Assembly (NCBI GenBank): GCA_965215265.1
Contig: OZ244048.1
Span: forward strand, 2,304,001 to 2,368,000
DNA from: Candidatus Poribacteria bacterium
GTDB lineage: Bacteria; Poribacteria; WGA-4E; WGA-3G
Reading direction: 5' to 3'
Length of the DNA stretch: 64,000 nucleotides
Position 1 is the first letter of the stretch, and every line of letters begins with the position of its first letter. Under the pieces are notes generated by a model. That model had not been told where the DNA came from and searched no databases. It saw only the letters and a program-made list of their open reading frames with translations. This document shows, piece by piece, positions 31,355-40,873 of this stretch. The translations under genes were made by a program, and so were the position numbers.

Positions 31355-31776
31355 GCTTTACTTCTCCATTCTATTTTTTGAAACTTAGGGGGTCCAAAGT
31401 TTATTTTTTTATGATAACACATGCGTGAATAATTTTCAAGGAAAGATAAATAGTGCTCACTTACCCCCAATTTTTGTAGCAGGCTTGTGAGAAACGGGTT
31501 CAGGAGATATAGGTTGGGGGGTTGACTGATAGGGTTTCTCACACGGCTACCCTTCCATCGCCCCCACCCGCAACTCACAAAAAAAGTGCCGCTAAATCAG
31601 ACTCCCATACATTTTTCTTACAATTTTTTTTCAAATATGATATATTAATGTGAACATCATAAAAATCTGCCTGACAATGTTGCAAACCTGCTTATCAGAG
31701 GAGACAACCGCATGCACAATAAACTCACAAAGCCCAGCCTCGTCCCTCAACCGCATGGCCCCAGAGGAGCAAACGC

Positions 31777-34700
31777 ATGAACAAAGAACACATCAGAGAG
31801 GCTCTCGCTGCAATATGCACTGGCCCCTTTTTACAAACCGCGAAAAACCTGCTCGCCACGCTCGGCTACCGCAGCGATTTGACAGAAGCATTCTCTGGAA
31901 CAGCCGGCGACTTTATAGAGACTTTCCCCGCATTCAACCCGAACACCCAAACGGAACAAGCCCTCCGAAACCACGCAGCCTCGATACACTTCATCTTCCA
32001 ACTCACAGACGCAGAAATAGATGCCGAAACGCAACAGCGGTTAGAACTCTTTGAAGGAAACGATGCGGAAAGTTTCTTTTTCTTCGCCGTAGAACTAAAA
32101 GAGAAAACCTACTCCCGCGGTGCGTACGCAGAATTGACGCGAGAAATCAATAAGCGTCTGATTGTTCCGACGGTGGTGTTATTTCGTGTGTCAACCCGGC
32201 TAACCCTCGGTTTTGTGGGACGCCGTCCACACGAGCACCACCCAGAACGTGATGTTCTCCAACAAGTGACACTCATCAAGGATATTCGTCTTGAGGCACC
32301 GCACCGTGCGCATTTAGATATCCTCTCTGAACTTTCACGAACAGAATGCCTGAACTGGATGGACGCAAATAACAGACAGAAAAACTTAGCCGGACTGCTA
32401 TCCGCCTGGCTAGCGAAACTCAACACCGAAGCGCTCAATAAGCAGTTCTACCGAAGGTTGTTCAGCTGGTTTGAGTGGGCAGTGAGGGAAGCCAAGTTCC
32501 CGACAGCCGAGCTGAATCCGTTGGGTTCCGAAGCACACATCATCCGGCTCATCACGCGGCTGCTCTTTATATGGTTCTTGAAAGAAAAAGGGCTTGTCCC
32601 CGAGTGGCTTTTTCAAGATTCCGGGCAGAAAGAGCAGGCGGGCACGCAAAACAACGAGCTGTCTGAAGAATCTGAACAGAATAGGCAGGTAAGCCTGCAA
32701 AACAACCAACAGTCTGAATACCCCCCCCTTACAGACGTTAAGTCTTCTGCCGAACTCCACGACAGAAAGCAGCCTGCACGCACACCTCAAAAACTTTGAG
32801 CCCGACACATCCGACTACTACCAAGCCATCCTCCAAAACCTATTCTTTGCTACTCTCAACACACCTATAAATCAACGCACATTTAGCACACACGATAACC
32901 GGAGCCACCGCGACTCAAGCAAATATCGCTATGCTGACCTGCTCCAACAACCCGACACCTTCCTTCAACACCTAAAGCACGTCCCATTTGTCAACGGCGG
33001 ACTGTTTGACTGCCTCGATACCTTTGAGGCAACCGGCGACGGCGGTGTCCGAATAGACTGTTTCTCTGATAACAAAACAGTTCGGCAAAAATTACACGTC
33101 CCCGCAAAACTCTTCTTTGACAAAACACACGGCCTCTTTCCTCTCTTCGCTCACTATAAGTTTACCGTCGAGGAAAACACACCCATTGAACAAGAAGTCG
33201 CGCTCGATCCAGAACTGCTCGGACAGATATTCGAAAACCTGCTCGGCACCTATAACCCCGAAACGCAATCCACCGCACGCAAAGCCACAGGCTCTTACTA
33301 CACACCCCGCCAAATCGTTGAACACATGGTAGACGAGGCACTCAGCACCTATCTCATCCAAAACGTCAAACCCTACGACGGAAACACACAATCCCTTGAG
33401 GAACGCCTCCGCGAAGACCTCCTCGCTTATGAATCCCAAGGCAACATTGATGAAGACGCACATCACCTCATTCATCCAGAGGAAATTCAACCCCTCATTC
33501 AGGCGATAGACGCACTCAAAATCATAGATCCAGCCGTCGGCTCCGGGGCTTTCGCTATGGGCATCCTCAATAAACTCGTGCTCATCCTCCGAAAACTCGA
33601 TCCGCAGAATCAAAACTGGAAGCAGCGACAACTTCAACAAGCTGAAAACATACCAGACCTCCATAGCCGCGAAAGCGCAAAGCAGGCAATAGAGGCAGTC
33701 TTCTCTCAACAAAACCGATACAACGACTACGGACGCAAACTCTACCTCATCCAAAACGGCCTCTACGGCATAGATATCCAACCCATCGCCGTCACCATTG
33801 CCAAACTCCGCTTTTTCATCTCTCTCATCATAGAGCAGATACCCAACCAGAACCCTGACGACAACTACGGCATCAGACCCCTCCCCAACTTGGAGACGAA
33901 GTTCGTCGCCGCAAACACCCTCATCGGCTTGAAGGGGGCAAAAGAAACGGATTTTCAGCGCTTGCTGGAAACAGACACCATCCAACAACTCCGCAACGAC
34001 ATTGAAGTCATCCGCGCCAAACACTTCTCCGGCAGCACCCGTCGGCAAAAACTTGAGGCGATGCGAAAAGAGGAAAAGTGCCGTGAAAAATTGGCACTCG
34101 CGCTAAGAACACAGTCGGAACAGTGGACGGTGCAGGAGCAAAGCCGGATATCCCAACAGATTGCGCAGCTGCCAAAAAAGGAGGCGCGCAACCAACTCCG
34201 GGAAAAACTCGAGAAAGCGTATGCAATTCGTCAGCAAAAGCTAACAGCCAGCGTAGAAGAGGCACAGAAAATCGCAGACTGGAATCCATACAACCAGAAC
34301 GCCGTCGCCGATTTCTTTGAACCCGCATGGATGTTCGGCATCCACCACGGCTTTCACATCGTCATCGGCAATCCACCCTATATCCGACACGAAAAGATTC
34401 GCCACCTCAAGCCTGCCTTGCAAACACACTTCGGCGACTTCTTCGCCAGCACCGCAGACATCAGCGTCTACTTCTACAAACGCGGAGCCGAGTTGCTACG
34501 CCAAGGCGGGTTGCTCACTTACATCTGCACAAACAAGTTTATGCGCAGCGGCTACGGAAAAAAACTACGCCAATTCCTAACCGCTGAGATGGCACTAAAA
34601 ACAATTTTGGACTTCGGCAGCCTCGCCGTCTTTGACGCAGCAGTGGACACTTGTATTGCGCTTGTGCAAAAGTGCATCCCCGCCACAAACCATACCCTTC

Positions 34701-35683
34701 GCGTCGCAACCCTAAGGCATGTTTCAGAGGAATTTAACGTCCGGGAGGCATTTCAAACGCAGGCATTCCCGATGCAGCTCGCCCACTTATCTTCAGAAGA
34801 ATGGACGTTAGCACGCACAGAAACACTCGCCCTACTACAGAAATTGCAACACACGGGAACATCATTCAGCGAATCAATACAAGGCAAATTCTATTTTGGT
34901 ATCAAGACAGGGTGCAATGACGCTTTTATCATAGATGAAGCCATCTGTCAGCAGCTAATAGCAGAGGATGCCAAAAGCGCACAACTCATAAAACCTTTAC
35001 TTCGTGGACGGAATCTCAAAAAATGGAAAGCGGTATCAGCAAACGAGCACTTGATAGCAATAGCCAGCAGTGCCAATAAGCAGTGGCCCTGGTCAAACGC
35101 AGAAAGCGAATCAGAGGCTGAACAGATTTTTGAAAAAACCTATCCAGCAATCCATCGCCATCTAATACGCTATAAAGAGCGGCTTTTACCCCGTGATGAT
35201 CAGGGGAAATTCTATTGGGAGTTGCGTTCGTGCGCCTATTACGACGCGTTCGAAAAGCCAAAGATTATCTATCCAGATATTAGCTCATCTATGCGTGCGT
35301 GTTATGATACCACCAAGGTCTTCGGAGAAGCAACAACATTTTGCATACCTGCTACTGACTTCTCTTTGCTTGCAATTTTAAACAGCCAACTTTTTGATTG
35401 GTATGCGCGCTACAAATTTCAAACCCTTAACAACCCATGGGCAGGAGGTGGATTACGGTTAAAGAAAATATACATGCAACACGTCCCGATAGCCAATGGA
35501 ACAGAAGCACAGAAAGCCGCACTCTCACGCCTCGTCGCACAGCTCTTGGCAGAACCCAACGGCGATGCCGTGAACGCACTTGAGAAAGAGATAGATACCT
35601 TAGTCTATCAGTTATATGAGTTAACGCCGCAAGAAATTCAACTCATAGAACAGACGTATCGCGACGCAGGAATGACAGTATGA
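31777..35683 (+). pseudogene. Eco57I/type IIG-like restriction-modification N6-adenine methyltransferase, frameshifted
   Basis: ORF 31777-32799 continues in the +1 frame (YYQAILQNLFF, NGGLF, LDPELLGQIFENLL, GSYYTP) into 33326-35683 (DPAVGSGAF, GNPPY, TaqI_C-like FEKPKIIY). Confidence 0.85.
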
Positions 35684-35894
35684 AGCACCACGCTCTATAT
35701 TATAGCAACCCACCAGAATTGCGGTTTGGAGCCAAACATCTGAAGTTGCGATATGAGCCGTTTTCACGAAAAAAAGGCTTTTGTATTGTCTGAACGCAGT
35801 CGGCGTCTACGCTCACGAAAACCTCTCGTGAAACTTTTCGTGAATTGGAGACTTTGGAATCAAATGTCGCCTCTTTCAGCACAGCAACCCCTGA

Positions 35895-36045
35895 TGTTTT
35901 GAGCTGTCGTATCTCTCCATACCATAAAGGTTATCTTTTGCTAATACCCGATTATGATTCAATACATCGAATGGCTCTGGCGAGGTTTGTAAAGCACTAA
36001 ACATAACAACTGCCTTTATTGGACGAAAAGAGACGAAAACCTTTC
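35895..36045. repeat. Degenerate copy of the MITE-like repeat
   Basis: cgtatctctccataccataaagg, ctctggcgaggtttgta, ttggacgaaaa. Confidence 0.6.
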
Positions 36046-36289
36046 ACGACAAACCTTCAAAAAAAAGGGGAGTAAGTGACATCTTACAAAAACGTTTGAC
36101 TTTTGGATGAGAATATGTTATAATATTTATCGTAGCATTATAATGTTTAGACAGAATATCGGGCTGTTTCTGTTCTCGCAACTATTTACCTGCCCTGAAT
36201 CACAGAGTAAGGTACGTTACCTGAATATCCGATCTTCTGTGATAGTACTATGTGAACGGCAACAAGAAAGTTGTACAGGAGAAATCACA

Positions 36290-37051
36290 ATGAGAAAAGC
36301 GTATTGGATTTGCGTGATTTTGCTGACGCTGAGCATGCCAATTTCAGCGTTTGCACAAGGTGCCCAAGCAGACAATCTGCTCGGCTGGTGGCTATTTGAT
36401 AGCCCAAAAGACGAAATGGGAAATTGGGATGATATAGATCTGCATGGGGCAAAACTGGACGGTGGACAATTAGTTGTCGAAACGACTAAATGGGCACATG
36501 CGCTTAATTATACGGGCCCTGACATTGAAGAGAAGACCTTAATGTCTTGGGTGAGTTTGGATGATCTTGCAGCGACGGAAGGTTCTGCCTTAACGCTTGA
36601 TAAAGAGAGCGAAGATCAGTTTAATGGACTCGTCTATGCAGAACGTCAACCCAATCAGTGGATGTCCGGTAGTAGTTGGTTTCACCGTACCGAAGATTTT
36701 CCAGATGCAGTTAACGAGAAGAACGAGGGTGAAATGATTTTTTTAGCTGTCACGTATAAGAATGACAAAGGCAGCTACAAGATTACCGGGTACCGTAACG
36801 GTGAAAGCCTTGGCAGTTACACGAAGGGTGAGCTCAAAACCTGGCCGACAGGTGATGCAGAAGCGATTTGGGGCAAACGTCATACGAATGGACTTGCCGG
36901 ACCAGGAGACCTTAACGCGCATATAGAAGAATCTCGAATTTACGCAGTTGCATTAACGCAAGACGAGATTCAGAGCCTGGAGATAGGGACACTTACGGTT
37001 GAACCACAAGGCAAGTTGGCTACGCAATGGGCATCGCTAAAAGCGAAGTAA
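36290..37051 (+). CDS. Secreted LamG/concanavalin A-like protein with C-terminal KLATxW tail
   Basis: AGGAG RBS, signal peptide, WWLFD...IEESRIY..AL, ends VEPQGKLATQWASLKAK. Confidence 0.75.
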   Translation: MRKAYWICVILLTLSMPISAFAQGAQADNLLGWWLFDSPKDEMGNWDDIDLHGAKLDGGQLVVETTKWAHALNYTGPDIEEKTLMSWVSLDDLAATEGSALTLDKESEDQFNGLVYAERQPNQWMSGSSWFHRTEDFPDAVNEKNEGEMIFLAVTYKNDKGSYKITGYRNGESLGSYTKGELKTWPTGDAEAIWGKRHTNGLAGPGDLNAHIEESRIYAVALTQDEIQSLEIGTLTVEPQGKLATQWASLKAK

Positions 37052-37058
37052 CGTGCGA

Positions 37059-37110
37059 AAATAGGTTCAAAAACCGATTGTTCCACGGATAACCGTTTTT
37101 TGAACCTATT
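37059..37110. terminator. Probable intrinsic terminator hairpin
   Basis: aataggttcaaaaa ... tttttgaacctatt inverted repeat just after the stop codon. Confidence 0.55.
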
Positions 37111-37188
37111 CTCGTTCTTACATCTTCATGATTCTGATATCTTAGAGACTTTCATCATAAACGGCCTTATCCTTCTCTATCTACAACA

Positions 37189-37857
37189 ATGAAAAAGTTG
37201 TTTCTTATTGCCTTGATTTACCTCTGCCTCACCATAAACGGTGTCGCTGAAGAATACCGCTGGGCATTTGACGATGATGCCAGTGATTGGAAGGCGGCGA
37301 ACGGTACCTGGGAAGTGCAGGACGGTGCCTATAAACAGACAACCCGTTGGGGCAAAGCGATGCATGCGTTAGTTGATAGCATGGAATGGAGCGATCATGT
37401 TCTTGAGGCGAAGGTGCGACTTGAAGCAGGGCATTGGGCTGGTATTGTTTTTCGGGCACGGAATGAGTTTGAATATTATGTCTACCTTTTGTGCCCGAAG
37501 GAAAATAAGTCAGAGTTGTGGCGGCATCGGCGTAGTACTGCTTTTCAGGACGGTTTTGAGGGGCGTGACGAAATTGAACACAATATTCCGCCTATCGGGC
37601 TGACAATTACCCGTCATGAATGGTTTAAGCTGAGCGTTGCGGTTGAAGGCGACAGAATAGCGGTAGCGATTAATGACATCCAACAAGGCGTCTTCAAAGA
37701 TGGCACCTACGCAACAGGCACGGTTGGAGTTTGGACATGGGATACGCAAGCCAGTTTTGATGATGTCACGCTGACCGACAACGTCGCACCGGTCACGTCT
37801 GTCCAACCGCGAGCGAAATTGGCCACCACCTGGGCAAGTTTAAAGAAGAAAAAGTGA
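37189..37857 (+). CDS. DUF1080 / 3-keto-disaccharide hydrolase-like secreted protein with KLATTW tail
   Basis: G.W.V.DG, AGIVFRA, W..L.V.V.GD, G.VG...FDDV; ends VQPRAKLATTWASLKKKK. Confidence 0.75.
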   Translation: MKKLFLIALIYLCLTINGVAEEYRWAFDDDASDWKAANGTWEVQDGAYKQTTRWGKAMHALVDSMEWSDHVLEAKVRLEAGHWAGIVFRARNEFEYYVYLLCPKENKSELWRHRRSTAFQDGFEGRDEIEHNIPPIGLTITRHEWFKLSVAVEGDRIAVAINDIQQGVFKDGTYATGTVGVWTWDTQASFDDVTLTDNVAPVTSVQPRAKLATTWASLKKKK

Positions 37858-37994
37858 ACTATATTTTGATTTTTCAACGGTGCTTTAGATTCGGAATACG
37901 ATGTTAGCTGGCCAAGGTGTCTCTGACATGGACGGAGATGTGAAGTTCGTACGAGAGTCACGCTATTTGAGCCACAGAGAAAAAAGGGGTTTTT

Positions 37995-38462
37995 ATGTTA
38001 GAAGTAGGAAGCGCTGCACCTGATTTCACCTTAAATGGGGCAGTGAATCAAGAAGATACCGAAGTTTCGTTAAATGACTATGCAGGCAAAAATCTAGTTG
38101 TCCTTTTTTATCCGCTCGCGTTTTCACCAGTGTGTGCGGAACAAGTTCCAGATTTTAATGAGCATCTCACTGCAATTGAGGCGAAAGGTGCGTCGGTTAT
38201 AGCTATCAACCGTGATTCAACTTTTGCGCACAAGGCGTGGAGCGAGGCATTGGGTGGCATTAATTTCCCGCTTCTTGCGGATATGAACCTTGCTGTATCG
38301 AAGCAGTTCGGTATGGCACTGGAGGAAGTAGGGATAACCACACGCGGGGTTTTTATCATTGACGGAGACGGCAAGATAGCCTTTAAACACGTGGAAGAGG
38401 CACCGCCGGACAATACATTGGCAGCAGAACAGATTTTGAACGAGCTGGATAAGCTGCAATAA
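37995..38462 (+). CDS. Peroxiredoxin (AhpC/TSA, AhpE-like)
   Basis: APDF, FYPLAFSPVC, FPLLAD, RGVFIID. Confidence 0.9.
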   Translation: MLEVGSAAPDFTLNGAVNQEDTEVSLNDYAGKNLVVLFYPLAFSPVCAEQVPDFNEHLTAIEAKGASVIAINRDSTFAHKAWSEALGGINFPLLADMNLAVSKQFGMALEEVGITTRGVFIIDGDGKIAFKHVEEAPPDNTLAAEQILNELDKLQ

Positions 38463-38530
38463 AACCAGATTTTTAACGACATAGGGCGGATATAGCTTCA
38501 CGGATGCATACCCGCCCTTGTAATTTAAAG

Positions 38531-38560
38531 TTGAAAACGACTATAGTCGTACCGTATAAT
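38531..38560 (+). promoter_or_regulatory. Sigma70 promoter of tRNA-Gly
   Basis: TTGAAA-N18-TATAAT ending 9 nt upstream of the tRNA. Confidence 0.6.
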
Positions 38561-38569
38561 ATCATAAAT

Positions 38570-38641
38570 GCGGGTGTAGCTCAGCGGTAGAGCGTCAGCT
38601 TCCCAAGCTGAGGGTCGCGGGTTCAATTCCCGTCACCCGCT
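38570..38641 (+). tRNA. tRNA-Gly(CCC)
   Basis: Cloverleaf; anticodon arm tcagc-tt-CCC-aa-gctga; T-arm GGTTCAATTCC; CCA not encoded. Confidence 0.95.
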
Positions 38642-38743
38642 TGTCTTTAAAATTCAATGCGAAGATGCTTCTGACGTGTTTGACAATCCGACATGTACAG
38701 GCGAGCGTTGCTATTTCAAGTTAGAAACAATAAGAGGAAAACC

Positions 38744-39862
38744 ATGGCAAAAAGCAATCGGTTGAGTAAAGAGGAAATTAAAGAAGATAAGTTTGTTGAT
38801 TTCGTGCTGCAAACGTACGAATTCATAAAAGACAATCTCAGAATCATCCTAATCGTTTGCGGCATCGTTGTGGTTGCTGTAGCGAGTTATGCAGCGTACC
38901 ATCAAAATCGTGAGAATCGTCGAGCAGAAGCTGCCTTTGCCCTGAACAAAGCGAACGAAGCGTATCAAACGGCTGAAGCGACCCTTTTCGATACCGCGAA
39001 ATTGCAAGAAAGTGAAGAAGCGATTAAGACTGCCCAGACCCAGCTTCAGGCAATTTTTCAGCAAAACCCGAATACCACTTTCGCTGACAATGCCCGGTAT
39101 CAGCATGCGAAGACCCTCTATTACCAGGGCAATTACGTTGAAGCCCGTACACAATTCGAGCAAATTATTAACACACATCAACCTCAAAACCAGATTTATA
39201 GTCTCTATGCCCAGAAGGCAATAGGGAATTGCTATGAACAAGAGGGAGACTATGAAAAAGCTATCACGGCATATCAGGCAGCGAGATTCTCGCCTACTCC
39301 GAATCTCCCTCCTGAGATTCGCCAATTTGTGCTTGCCAATGCAACATTCCACCAAGCGCTCTGCTATGAGAAATTAGGGAATACGGAAATGGCGCAAGCT
39401 TCATATAAAGAAATTTTAGAGCAGTTCCGCACCACGCTCGCAGGTGGACTTGAGCAAAAAAGTGCGGAGATGCTTCAGGACGCTAAAAGAGTTGTCGATG
39501 CTATTAACGAACCCCTGGAATTGGGAACTGCGGAACAATTTGAAAGCGAAGGACGTTACTATGATGCTTTTGTGGCGTATACGGATGAGATTCGCACCTA
39601 TAAAGTGAAACAAGACGTTCAGGGCGGGCTGGCCTCCGATTTGCGAAAGCAGATTCGCGATTTTGAAAAACATGCAACGACAATTATAAAAAACGTTGAG
39701 GCTGCTCGGCGTGCAGATGCTGCCGGCAGAACAAGCACAGCCCTCAATAATTATAATGCCGTAGTTGAATTTGCACATCTCGGGCTCAGTCGTCACCTTT
39801 ATGAGAATTCTCTGCTTAACCACAATAGACTCACAACCGCCACAACCGGCAAAAGCGAGTAG
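38744..39862 (+). CDS. Tetratricopeptide repeat membrane protein (YfgM-like)
   Basis: KEEIKEDKF N-terminus, single TM helix, TPR helices. Confidence 0.75.
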   Translation: MAKSNRLSKEEIKEDKFVDFVLQTYEFIKDNLRIILIVCGIVVVAVASYAAYHQNRENRRAEAAFALNKANEAYQTAEATLFDTAKLQESEEAIKTAQTQLQAIFQQNPNTTFADNARYQHAKTLYYQGNYVEARTQFEQIINTHQPQNQIYSLYAQKAIGNCYEQEGDYEKAITAYQAARFSPTPNLPPEIRQFVLANATFHQALCYEKLGNTEMAQASYKEILEQFRTTLAGGLEQKSAEMLQDAKRVVDAINEPLELGTAEQFESEGRYYDAFVAYTDEIRTYKVKQDVQGGLASDLRKQIRDFEKHATTIIKNVEAARRADAAGRTSTALNNYNAVVEFAHLGLSRHLYENSLLNHNRLTTATTGKSE

Positions 39863-39867
39863 ACACG

Positions 39868-40869
39868 ATGAAATTTATCAAAAACCGTCACCTTTTCGTT
39901 GCGATGTTCTGTTTGATCCTCGGCCAGTGTTGGATGGTCCTGTTTGTGCAAGCGCAGCCGATTGGACATCTTACGTATGCTGTCAATGGCTTTGACGAAA
40001 ATCAGGGGCGTTTTGACTGGAACCTTTACACCACAGCACTGCGCGGTACAAAAGATTTTAGAGCAGTTCCGTTGAATCATAAAGGGATGTACCCATCCTG
40101 GGGCATGGATGGGGAAGTGCTCTATTTTGTCCAATGGGATGCCGGACATGCGGATATTTATTCAATTAGACCGGATAACCCCAAAAATAAAACACGAGTT
40201 ACCCAAATTTCTGGTACCTACCGATTCCTCGCCGTTTCACCTAACGGCCGGCAAATTGCTTTCAGTGGCTGGACAATAGAGCAGGTGCCTCAAGAAAATC
40301 AGATCTGGTTGCTAGATATTGCCAGTGGGGAGATGGAGCCTGTGACAGAGGTTCCGCATTTCGGATGGCCCTATTCCTTCTGGGGGATTTCTTGGTCGCC
40401 CACCGGCAAAAAACTGGTGTTCTCTCTTTCGAGACCCGGTTGGCTTGAACAACTCTATCTCTTAGATATTGAAACAAAAGAGGTAGAAATTCTGACCGAA
40501 TTTAACAAGGACTTTTATCCGGTATGGGGACCTGATGGAAAACGCATCCTCTTTCTGAGATGGAACAGAGAATTCGACACGTTCTACACCGTTGATGTTG
40601 AAACGAAAGCCCTGGAACCGCTCTTTGATGTGGATAAAGCAACAGGCTATTGGAGCGACTGGTCTCCGGATGGGCAGTACATAGTCTATTCAAGATGGGG
40701 AACGATATACATATTTGATATGGCAACAGATGAAACAGAGGAGCTCGTGGAGGTGGACGGTAGTATATTTGTGATAGCGTGGCTGCGAGAAGGTATCTTA
40801 CCTGTAAAGCCGCGTGAAAAATTAGTGACGATGTGGAGTCAAATCAAAGCCACAAGCTTGCAGCGTTAA
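39868..40869 (+). CDS. TolB-like PD40 beta-propeller secreted protein with KL.T.W tail
   Basis: SPNG, WSPTG, WGPDG, WSPDG repeats; ends VKPREKLVTMWSQIK. Confidence 0.8.
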   Translation: MKFIKNRHLFVAMFCLILGQCWMVLFVQAQPIGHLTYAVNGFDENQGRFDWNLYTTALRGTKDFRAVPLNHKGMYPSWGMDGEVLYFVQWDAGHADIYSIRPDNPKNKTRVTQISGTYRFLAVSPNGRQIAFSGWTIEQVPQENQIWLLDIASGEMEPVTEVPHFGWPYSFWGISWSPTGKKLVFSLSRPGWLEQLYLLDIETKEVEILTEFNKDFYPVWGPDGKRILFLRWNREFDTFYTVDVETKALEPLFDVDKATGYWSDWSPDGQYIVYSRWGTIYIFDMATDETEELVEVDGSIFVIAWLREGILPVKPREKLVTMWSQIKATSLQR

Positions 40870-40873
40870 TCTC

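Noticed and set aside
31487-31543. tgtgagaaac/gtttctcaca inverted repeat upstream of the RM gene as a mobile-element end
   Set aside because: No matching end or target-site duplication found downstream of the RM gene
33092-34048. 318-aa antisense ORF in the RM gene
   Set aside because: Shadow of the C/A-rich codon usage of the methyltransferase; no motifs
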